From a virus (lineage: Duplodnaviria; Caudoviricetes), in the IMG/VR virus record IMGVR_UViG_3300031965_000083, positions 1 to 39,011 of that record: a DNA stretch of 39,011 nt; one strand, given 5' to 3'. The notes beneath the pieces were generated by a model. It had not been told where the DNA came from. It worked only from the letters and a program-made list of their open reading frames with translations, and made no database searches. Both the position numbers and the translations under genes were made by a program. This document shows positions 16,484-24,474 of the stretch, piece by piece (the stretch's first letter is position 1; each line of letters starts with the position of its first letter).

Positions 16484-17013
16484 CGACGGATAGAGGGTTC
16501 CCGCCGGCCAGGTTCTCCATCGTCGATCCCAAGACGGGTCGATCCACGAATGCGTTCTGGCGCCTTCTGGAAACCCTCTGGCGCCGGACTGGGGGATTCG
16601 AGGATATTGGGGAATCGATCGTGGTCACCGACGCCCGTCACGAATCCCTGATTGAGTCTGTCCGCGACGATTTGTCGCTGTCCGTGTCTGGCCTTTCCGA
16701 CGCCGGCGCACGCCTGTTCGCCGTACAGAAGCACGATGTTGACAGCCGTCAACAGGCGCTGGAATCGCGTGTTGGATTCCATGAGATGCGGCTCGCGTCC
16801 ATGGACCCGGATTTCACGCACGGGGCGGTAACCGCCAACCGGATCGGATACAGAAACGCCGCCTCCGGGCTGGCGGCGCGGCAGGTGCAGGCCGCCATCG
16901 ACGAGCTGGTGTTGTCCGTGGGCGACGCAGGGATTTCGGGCCTTCTCGTGACGGGGGACACGCCCGGTCCGATCTTCGTGACGAACGGCTCCGGCGAGCC
17001 GGTTTACGTGTAG
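16480..17013 (+). CDS. Tail-associated protein (needle or fibre-anchor-like)
   Basis: PPARFSIVDPKTG...FWRLL N-terminus, a coiled coil, and the SGLAARQVQAAIDEL fibre motif. Confidence 0.6.
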   Translation: MTTDRGFPPARFSIVDPKTGRSTNAFWRLLETLWRRTGGFEDIGESIVVTDARHESLIESVRDDLSLSVSGLSDAGARLFAVQKHDVDSRQQALESRVGFHEMRLASMDPDFTHGAVTANRIGYRNAASGLAARQVQAAIDELVLSVGDAGISGLLVTGDTPGPIFVTNGSGEPVYV

Positions 17014-17022
17014 GAGAGACGC

Positions 17023-17787
17023 ATGGCAAGCTCTCTCATCACCACCTATCTTGGAAGCGGTCTGGCCGCCGCCCGTCCTGTTGCGCCCGACGTTCCTACC
17101 GGCGGGTCCGCCGCGTGGTATTCGACCGATACCGATGTATTTTCTGTTTGGGACGGGACGATCTGGAACGACGTGGGGGCTGCGGCGGGAAACTGGTGGT
17201 TTTCTCCTCCGACCCTTGCGACCCTGCCGACCGCCGTTACGGACGGAACCTTCACCGTCGGCCCCGCCGCCGCAGACGACGCGGATGCCGGTCTCATCCT
17301 GACGGGAAAAGCCGACGCCCCCGACGAAAGTTTCATGCGGCTAAAGGTCGCCCCGGCTGCCCCCTTTTCCGTCAAGGTCCGCGTTCAGGCGCTAGCCCGG
17401 GGCGCGGACGGACATTTTAATTTTGGCGGACTCATTCTGAGAGAATCCGGAAGCGGAAAAAAGGTTATATTCGGAAGCGGGTCGAACGGAAAATGGCTTT
17501 CTCGCAGGGCTACCGGGACCACGCTTGGGGCAGACATCACCGTTGGGGGAGATGGAACCGGACTCCTGACGACCGACGGCAACTACTGGTTCAGGGCCGA
17601 TGTAGACGCCAGCTTCAACGTGACGATGTTTATTTCTCAGGACGGAAAGTCGTGGGCTGAGGTCTCCAGCGTAACCGCCGCGACCGTCGGGTGGGCGACG
17701 GTCGATCAGGTCGGGGTTGGGATTTATGTCCGGGCAAATAGCGGTCTAGCCATGGCCGCCACCTTCGAACATTTCTCGGAGGCCTAG
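17023..17787 (+). CDS. Tail fibre/receptor-binding protein with a lectin-like (ConA-type) beta-sandwich
   Basis: AGGAG RBS; GGLILRES and YWFRA...ISQDGKSW patterns. Confidence 0.6.
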   Translation: MASSLITTYLGSGLAAARPVAPDVPTGGSAAWYSTDTDVFSVWDGTIWNDVGAAAGNWWFSPPTLATLPTAVTDGTFTVGPAAADDADAGLILTGKADAPDESFMRLKVAPAAPFSVKVRVQALARGADGHFNFGGLILRESGSGKKVIFGSGSNGKWLSRRATGTTLGADITVGGDGTGLLTTDGNYWFRADVDASFNVTMFISQDGKSWAEVSSVTAATVGWATVDQVGVGIYVRANSGLAMAATFEHFSEA

Positions 17788-18006
17788 ATGACCGTCAGTC
17801 ATTTCGCCTCCTACATCTACCAGAAGGATTTGGCCGCCAACCGACCGGCGTCCGTCATTCCTTCCGATGGCAAGTTCTATATATTCGAGGCGACCGACAC
17901 CGGGGCTTTGAGCATATGGAGCACTGGAGCTGCGGCGTGGAAAGATATAGGATCGTCAGCCCTACCTCATGCTGAAATCATGTCTCGTGTATCGCTCGGG
18001 TTTTAG
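17788..18006 (+). CDS. Small fibre adaptor module
   Basis: GGAGG RBS; resembles the N-terminus of the preceding protein. Confidence 0.6.
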   Translation: MTVSHFASYIYQKDLAANRPASVIPSDGKFYIFEATDTGALSIWSTGAAAWKDIGSSALPHAEIMSRVSLGF

Positions 18007-18009
18007 ACC

Positions 18010-19575
18010 ATGATCCTCACGACCGTAAATGACAAAATTCAACTAGTCCTCGCCGGGGCCGTGACGACCAACCAGCTCGAATGGGTAGTCTCGTTCGCCG
18101 ATCATACGGGGACGACATTCACGCCGGGGAGCGCGGCGGGCGTCAGCAATAACACGATAGACGTTGATATTGTCTTAGCCCCCGCCGCCAGCACACAGAG
18201 GCAGGTCAAGACCATATCCATCTACAACGCGGATACGGTTGACGCCACCGTGACCATCAAACTGGATGTCAGCGGTGTCGAGAGAATCCTGGTCAAGACG
18301 CCCATCGCCGCAGGACGCTCCCTGTTCTGGTCTGCGGAAACCGGGTGGACGATTCAGGTTCACACGGGAGGCGGCGTGAGCGATCACGGTCTTCTCTCCG
18401 GGCTGGTGGACGACGATCATCTCCAATACGTTCTTCATACAGACGTGAGCGCAGCGACCGGCATTATTGTCGCCACTGCCGCCGAGGTCTACGCGCAGCG
18501 GTCCATAGTTGCCGGAACCGGCATTGGCGTCGTCGATGGTGACGGTGTAGCCGGTAATCCCACCGTCTCCAGCACCATAACCCAATACACCGATGAACTT
18601 GCTCAGGATGCCGTCGGGGCAATGGCGGGGGCGAGTCTCGTATATGTTGATGCGACTCCTCTTCTGGCGAGGGCGGCGCTCACGGGGGCGATCACGGCGG
18701 CCCAAGACACCAATACAACGGCGCTCGGGTCATTTACCAAGGCTCAATTAAGCGTCGCCGTGAGCGATGCCACTCCGCTTTATACGAATGACAGCACGAC
18801 AAGCCTTCCAGAGGGGACCAACCTATATTTCACTGACGAGCGTGCTCAGGACGCCGTCGGCGCGATGGTGGACGCCTCATTAGTCTATACCGATCTAACC
18901 CCGCTACTGTCGCGCGCGGCGCTTACTGGAGATGTGACCGCCCCGCAGGGGTCCAATGTCACGGCCATCGCAGCCGACTCCGTAACCTATGCCAAGATGC
19001 AGAACGTCTCCGCAACTGACAAGGTTTTAGGGCGCTCAACGGCAGGTGCAGGAGATGTTGAAGAAATCGCGATGACCGCCGCCGGCAGAGCGCTTATGGA
19101 CGATGCCAGCGCCGCTGATCAAAGAACTACCCTTGGGCTGGGCACGGTCGCCGTGATCTCCTACGAAACAGGAACATGGACGCCAGTCCCGCAATTCGCG
19201 GTCAACGGAGATTTCGTTCCCAATATAGATTTTGGCGCCGGATCGTATTATAAGCTTGATAATTTCGTCACGGCCTTGACTAATCTGTTCGGCTTCGACA
19301 CAAACGCCTACACAACCGCAAGCGGGCAGTTTCAAATTGCCGGGTTGCCTTTCTCAACTCTTTCCGGAGTAGGACCGTTAGTCACGGCACAGAGCACAGT
19401 GCCGCCGACAGCAACCGCCACTGTTGGAATGGAGGCCCCGTCAGGCGGCGGTTCGTTTTTACGCATTGTTTCGACTGCCGAACTAACGGGCACGCAAACA
19501 ATTTGGGGTACAACACAAATTCCACCTTCGCGTGCCAATATCAGAATTAATGGAAGTTGTATTTATCGAACGTGA
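18010..19575 (+). CDS. Tail fibre protein
   Basis: HGLLSGLVDDDHLQY, LPEGTNLYFTDERA, LTGDVT, GRALMDDASAADQRTTLGL and YETGTWTP fibre motifs. Confidence 0.8.
   Translation: MILTTVNDKIQLVLAGAVTTNQLEWVVSFADHTGTTFTPGSAAGVSNNTIDVDIVLAPAASTQRQVKTISIYNADTVDATVTIKLDVSGVERILVKTPIAAGRSLFWSAETGWTIQVHTGGGVSDHGLLSGLVDDDHLQYVLHTDVSAATGIIVATAAEVYAQRSIVAGTGIGVVDGDGVAGNPTVSSTITQYTDELAQDAVGAMAGASLVYVDATPLLARAALTGAITAAQDTNTTALGSFTKAQLSVAVSDATPLYTNDSTTSLPEGTNLYFTDERAQDAVGAMVDASLVYTDLTPLLSRAALTGDVTAPQGSNVTAIAADSVTYAKMQNVSATDKVLGRSTAGAGDVEEIAMTAAGRALMDDASAADQRTTLGLGTVAVISYETGTWTPVPQFAVNGDFVPNIDFGAGSYYKLDNFVTALTNLFGFDTNAYTTASGQFQIAGLPFSTLSGVGPLVTAQSTVPPTATATVGMEAPSGGGSFLRIVSTAELTGTQTIWGTTQIPPSRANIRINGSCIYRT
18586..18948 (+). 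repeat. Two 40-aa internal repeats in the tail fibre (18586-18705 and 18829-18948)
   Basis: YTDELAQDAVGAMAGASLVYVDATPLLARAALTGAITAAQ vs FTDERAQDAVGAMVDASLVYTDLTPLLSRAALTGDVTAPQ. Confidence 0.85.
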
Positions 19576-19584
19576 GGGCTCCCA

Positions 19585-19902
19585 ATGAGCGAAACAGTTC
19601 TTCTTGAAACAATAACGGGTATTGACGGAACGCTTTTCTTCAAGTGCGCCAAACTGCACTTGGGAAAATCCGGGGAGATCGAACAGGAAGGCGGCCCAAA
19701 TCACTTTCACAGGTTTTCAATTCCGCCCGGTCTCGACGCCACGTTTATGATTGGAGTTGTCAATCGAAGTCTCGTCGCTATGGGATGTGGAGAATTGTCG
19801 GCAGCGGCCATGAAGGACATTATCCTTTGGGTGACACGTATTCATACCCCGGAAGTGGTGGCGGCCTACGCAATTGCAACGGCCGAAAAACAAATGGAAT
19901 AG
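19585..19902 (+). CDS. Probable tail fibre assembly chaperone
   Basis: Directly follows the fibre; FHRFSIPPG...IHTPEVVAAY. Confidence 0.55.
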   Translation: MSETVLLETITGIDGTLFFKCAKLHLGKSGEIEQEGGPNHFHRFSIPPGLDATFMIGVVNRSLVAMGCGELSAAAMKDIILWVTRIHTPEVVAAYAIATAEKQME

Positions 19903-20016
19903 GCTGGCTTGCACGAAAAGACAGGGCTGTAGTAGCGTGACTACGATTCGGGTTGTAAACCAAAATACAACCGTCCGGGGCTGGCGGCGAGTCACAGATG
20001 GGGATATGGTGGCGCT

Positions 20017-20202
20017 ATGGTTATGGTAACCACCACAAAGGACGGCTTCATTTGCATCGGCGCGGGAACCGACGGGGCATGGTATTCCCTGAAGGAAGAG
20101 CTGTCTCCCCACGAGGCCGAGCGCGTTATAAGAGAGATTCGCCGGGCCATAGATTCCGTCAGGAACAAGCCCAAGCACGCCCGAAATCTCGGGGATTTCT
20201 AG
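20017..20202 (+). CDS. Small hypothetical protein
   Basis: 61-aa ORF filling the gap. Confidence 0.45.
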   Translation: MVMVTTTKDGFICIGAGTDGAWYSLKEELSPHEAERVIREIRRAIDSVRNKPKHARNLGDF

Positions 20203-20211
20203 GAGGATTCA

Positions 20212-20610
20212 ATGGCCTCTCGCCTGATCGATGAGGTGGTCCGGTTCACCAATGTTGCCGGAACCGAGCAGAAAATCTACAAAGTCCCCACCGGAGAGGT
20301 AGCGATCGTGCACAAGCTCGCGGTCGTCAATACCGACGACATTCTGAACGCCCGCGTCAATGTCTGGGTATCCCCATCCGGCGGGGCGGTCCCGGCCCCC
20401 GGCGATGTGGACCATTTCGTTAATGACCAAACTGTAGGGGCCAAGGAGACATTCCTGACTCCTGCCTCGGGGCGGGTTCTGCCATCCGGGGCGACGATTT
20501 ACGCCGATGTTGACGACGGGGCTGGCGGCAATTTCCAGAACAAGGTTAACCTCACCCTGTCCGCCACCCTCATCACCCAATCCAGAGCGGGAACGGGCAC
20601 CACGGCATGA
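20212..20610 (+). CDS. Virion beta-sandwich hypothetical protein
   Basis: AGGAGG RBS; IYKVPTGEVAIVHKLAVVNT pattern. Confidence 0.7.
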   Translation: MASRLIDEVVRFTNVAGTEQKIYKVPTGEVAIVHKLAVVNTDDILNARVNVWVSPSGGAVPAPGDVDHFVNDQTVGAKETFLTPASGRVLPSGATIYADVDDGAGGNFQNKVNLTLSATLITQSRAGTGTTA

Positions 20611-20804
20611 GCGGGAAATTGAACGACAGCGTCGAGTTCTGTGACCGCTGCGGGGCGGATTTTCAGGGCGAGCCCATTCCCGAGAAAAGCCAGCATCTGT
20701 TCGGGGCCACCCATTTCTCCCGGAAGATCGGCATTTACGACCTTGTGAAGGATCGGACGGTCGAATATCAATGTCCCGATTGCGGCCATACATGGAAACG
20801 ATAG
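20607..20804 (+). CDS. Small zinc-ribbon protein
   Basis: CDRC...CPDC. Confidence 0.65.
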   Translation: MSGKLNDSVEFCDRCGADFQGEPIPEKSQHLFGATHFSRKIGIYDLVKDRTVEYQCPDCGHTWKR

Positions 20805-22232
20805 ATGCCGGACTATCAATGGGCCTCACAGGCTTACCAGAGAAACGATTACGGCCTGCCCCCGGAACGTCTCGTGAATATGTTCCCGGAGAAGGGCTCG
20901 GCGCCGCAGACTGGCGAACAATATGCCCTTGTCCCGCGAGAGGGGCGCAAGCCCTTCGCAAACACGGGAGAGTTTTCCTGTCAGGGCGGCTTCCAGCAGG
21001 ACGGGGTGGCCGGCGGGAAGCTGATAACGGTCCACAACACGAGGGTCTACGCGACCGATAAATTCGGGGTCTCGACCCTCATTGGGACCATTGATTTCCC
21101 CATAGGACTCGTTCGGTTCGCGGCGGTGCGAAATTCCATCGTGATTCTTGCCCCGTCGGGCAACGCCTTCCGGACGGACGGGACGCTCGTTTCGAAGGTC
21201 ATCGACGCCGACCTGTTCCCCAATCCCGTTCAGGACATCGCGTCGCTCGATCTCCGGATCGTCTACGCCCTGAAGAATTCCGACCAGTTCTTCTGGTCTG
21301 AGGTTCTCCAGTCGGACGAAATTCTGGGGCTTTCGTTCGCCACCGCGGAAAGGGGGGCCGATCCCATTGTCGGGATTGCCCGATCCCATCAGGAGCTATT
21401 CATTTTCGGTACCCAAACGACCGAGGCATGGGCTGGAACCGGAGAAACGTCGGAATTTGCCTTCGCCCGCATTCCAGGAGCTGCCGTCGAGCGGGGATGC
21501 TCGGCCCGCAATTCAATCCTGACGGCGGACAACACTGTCTGGTTTCTTGGCGAGAACGGGATTTATTACCGCCTTGGGGAGGGATTCGTGCCCCTGAGAG
21601 TCTCCACCCATGCCATCGAGGAAAAAGCCACTGCGGCGATTCTGCGCGGAGAGGGGCCGGAGATTCAGGCGTGGACCTACGCCATGAACGGTCACGAGCA
21701 CATCGGGCTCCGGTTTCCGCAAGAGGGCACCTTCGTTTACGACATTTCCTCCGACCGCTGGTGGGAGGCCGCCACCTTCGAGGAGCCGACTTATTCCAAG
21801 ATTTTCGCGGTAAGGGCCTTTAACGGCTCCAAGGTGATCGTGGGTGAGGTAAATTCCGGCAAGCTATCCGAACTGTCTCCCACGACGTTTGACGATGACG
21901 GGGCTCCCGTCGAGCGCCTGGCCACCCTGAACGTGCCCGTCACCCAGCGTGTCCCGGCGAGCGCGTTTCGTGTCCATGTGGTGGAGGGTCATGGGCTCCC
22001 CACTGGACAGGGTTCAAATCCGGAGATCATGCTGGACTGGTCGGACGACGGCGAGGGCCGTGTCTGGTCCAAGGAGAGGCGCTTCAATTTCGGACAGGTG
22101 GGCCAGTTCGCCAAGCGCATCATCGCCCGCGCGTGCGGTCAGATCAGGCCGCCGGGACGAATCTGGCGCGTCAGAATGACCGACCCGGTCAGCTTCTCTC
22201 TCAGGAAGGCGTCCCTGAACGACGTTGACTAG
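20805..22232 (+). CDS. Packaged-DNA stabilization / tail hub protein (P22 gp10-like)
   Basis: 475 aa; ERLVNMFPE, FATAE...D.IV, IFGTQTTEAW, RVSTHAIE and WSDDG...WS. Confidence 0.85.
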   Translation: MPDYQWASQAYQRNDYGLPPERLVNMFPEKGSAPQTGEQYALVPREGRKPFANTGEFSCQGGFQQDGVAGGKLITVHNTRVYATDKFGVSTLIGTIDFPIGLVRFAAVRNSIVILAPSGNAFRTDGTLVSKVIDADLFPNPVQDIASLDLRIVYALKNSDQFFWSEVLQSDEILGLSFATAERGADPIVGIARSHQELFIFGTQTTEAWAGTGETSEFAFARIPGAAVERGCSARNSILTADNTVWFLGENGIYYRLGEGFVPLRVSTHAIEEKATAAILRGEGPEIQAWTYAMNGHEHIGLRFPQEGTFVYDISSDRWWEAATFEEPTYSKIFAVRAFNGSKVIVGEVNSGKLSELSPTTFDDDGAPVERLATLNVPVTQRVPASAFRVHVVEGHGLPTGQGSNPEIMLDWSDDGEGRVWSKERRFNFGQVGQFAKRIIARACGQIRPPGRIWRVRMTDPVSFSLRKASLNDVD

Positions 22233-22258
22233 ACACTTTCTGTTTATCGTCATATGAT
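22230..22258 (+). promoter_or_regulatory. Sigma70-like promoter for the ejection-protein genes
   Basis: TAGACA-17 nt-TATGAT. Confidence 0.5.
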
Positions 22259-22330
22259 TGCGTCTCTCGGCTGGCCTCTCGGCCATGGACGGATTCTCAA
22301 AAACGCACTCGTTTCTCAGGGATTCCCGTC

Positions 22331-23353
22331 ATGGGTATATTCTCCTCGATTGGCCACGCTATCAAAGGGGTCGCTGGCGGAATCCTCGGCATTGGGGCGT
22401 CTGCCGTCGGCGGGGCGATAAGCTCCGGCAAACAGAACAAGAACGAAAAACAGGCACGGGAAGCCCAGCTAGAGGCCGCCCGCCTTGCGATTGACGCCCA
22501 GCGGCAGGGCTTTGTCGATACCACCCGCCTGCAACAGGGCCGGGCGCAATCCGGGGACGTGGCGACCGCCCAGATGCTGCAAATGCTCGGTCTGCCGATT
22601 CCAGAGTCCCTTACCTCGGGGGCGGCCTATGAATCCATCTTCGATGGTTCCGGCCTTTCCGGCGGAGGCGGCGGCGTGGGGGGCGGGCAAAGATCGTCTT
22701 CCGGAGACGCCCAAGCCTATCTTAGTCAAAATCCGGACGTTGCCGGAGAGTGGTCCAAGGTCTCGAACGATCCGCAAGCCCTGAAATTCCTCTCCGGGCA
22801 GGGGTATTCTCCCGATCAGCAAGGCTATGCGCAATTCCACTTTGACCGATACGGCTCGACCGAGGGGCGCACATTCGGCGGCGGTGGGGGAGACGCGGGC
22901 GGCAAGGGGAAATACGCCATAGATGTTCCTGCTGCGGGAAATAACCTGACCGAGCTTATCCAGTCTACCCCCGGATACCAGTTCGGTATGACGGAGGGTG
23001 TGAGGGCAAGGGACTCCTCTGCGGCGAATCGCGGGATGCTTCTTTCCGGCGGGGCGCTCAAGCGCCTTGAGGAGTTCGGGCAGGATTATGCCGCCGAAGA
23101 GTTCGGGAGATATTTCAACCGCCTCGCGTCAGTCTCGGGGGCCGGACAAACCGCCACGGGGGCGATCTCGAATCAGGCTGGTCAGACCGGAGCCGGGATT
23201 GCTGGCATCCAGCAAAACCTTGGTCAGGGCCTTGCGACCAGCTTCGGGAATCAAACCAGCACATTCGGCAACGCTTTGGGCGCTATCGGGTCGGGCATCG
23301 TCAACTATCAGGGTCAGAAGAACCAACCCGTTTCCATTTTTGGAGGCTCATAA
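22331..23353 (+). CDS. DNA ejection/pilot protein (P22 gp7-like)
   Basis: Gly/Ala-rich amphipathic N-terminus; TPGYQF...SAANRGMLLSGGALKRL..FGQDYA...YFNRL. Confidence 0.75.
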   Translation: MGIFSSIGHAIKGVAGGILGIGASAVGGAISSGKQNKNEKQAREAQLEAARLAIDAQRQGFVDTTRLQQGRAQSGDVATAQMLQMLGLPIPESLTSGAAYESIFDGSGLSGGGGGVGGGQRSSSGDAQAYLSQNPDVAGEWSKVSNDPQALKFLSGQGYSPDQQGYAQFHFDRYGSTEGRTFGGGGGDAGGKGKYAIDVPAAGNNLTELIQSTPGYQFGMTEGVRARDSSAANRGMLLSGGALKRLEEFGQDYAAEEFGRYFNRLASVSGAGQTATGAISNQAGQTGAGIAGIQQNLGQGLATSFGNQTSTFGNALGAIGSGIVNYQGQKNQPVSIFGGS

Positions 23354-24474
23354 TGGGCGCTCTCGACGATTTCTATCGCGCCTCCGAGCACGGCGCCCAG
23401 CTTGGCGCACAGCTTGGTCAAGCCCAGCGTGGCCGTGAACAGACCGCGCTCAGAAACAAGCTCGCCCCCCAATTGGCCGAGGGCGATTTCGCGGGCGCCT
23501 CGAAAACCGCTTTTGAAGGCGGCGATCTCCAAAGCGGTCTGGCCTTTCAGGATCAGGTTCGCAAGATGGCGAAGGAAGACGCGGCGGACGCGAGGGCCGC
23601 CGGCGCGGAGACCATGACTGCATACGCCGAGCTTTCCAAGATCGCGGGCCGCGTGGACGCTATGGTATCGAGAGGCGGGATCGGCGAGGAGCAGAAGGCT
23701 GCCGTCATGCAGAACGAATTGCAGAGGCTGAAGCCCCTGATCGATTCAAATCCACAGCTTCAGGCGGTGGTTCCAGAATTTCTGAGGACATTTTTCAACA
23801 GCCCCACCGGGACGTTCTCCGTCTATGACGAGGAATTTTCCAAACAGTCCCTTGAGGAAACCGCCCCGTCCAAACTCTCCAAAGAGCGCCGTGAAGAGGC
23901 CCGTATCGGATTTGAAGAACGCCGGACGGGTGTCGCCGAGGGCGGGCTCGATGTGGCGAGGCAGAATGCCGAGACTGCCCGCCTCAAGGCGGAGAAAGGT
24001 GGCGGGTCCGGATCGGGAAAGCTGACGGAGGGCGAGAGAAAATTCGCCACCTTCGGAAAGTTGGCGGAAAACGCCCAAACCGAAATCAACAGGTTGGAGG
24101 GTATCGAAGGCTTCAACCCGACCATGGTCCTCCGTGGCGCGGGCAATGTAATCCGAAACAAGCAGGGGCAGTCGTATGACGCAGCTAAACGCGCGTTCAT
24201 TGACGCGATCATTCGCCCCATGACTGGCGCTGCGGTCACCAAGTTCGAGTTCGATTCCGCAGAAAGCCGGTATTTTCCCAAGCTTGGTGACGACAAGGGG
24301 ACTGTAGAGTTCAAGCGTCGTCTTCGCCAAGAGGCCATAGACGCGATCAAGGCTGGATCGGGCGGGGCCTTTGAGCAATTGATGGGCGGATTGGTCGATT
24401 CAGGCTCCGCCCAGCCGCAGCCGGGCGCGACTCCGCGCATCAGGCTGAACCCTGACGGGACTATTTCCCAATGA
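23353..24474 (+). CDS. Probable DNA ejection (internal virion) protein
   Basis: Position; helical; KLTEGE...F...I.RPMTGAAV...E..RYFP..GD motif. Confidence 0.65.
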   Translation: MGALDDFYRASEHGAQLGAQLGQAQRGREQTALRNKLAPQLAEGDFAGASKTAFEGGDLQSGLAFQDQVRKMAKEDAADARAAGAETMTAYAELSKIAGRVDAMVSRGGIGEEQKAAVMQNELQRLKPLIDSNPQLQAVVPEFLRTFFNSPTGTFSVYDEEFSKQSLEETAPSKLSKERREEARIGFEERRTGVAEGGLDVARQNAETARLKAEKGGGSGSGKLTEGERKFATFGKLAENAQTEINRLEGIEGFNPTMVLRGAGNVIRNKQGQSYDAAKRAFIDAIIRPMTGAAVTKFEFDSAESRYFPKLGDDKGTVEFKRRLRQEAIDAIKAGSGGAFEQLMGGLVDSGSAQPQPGATPRIRLNPDGTISQ

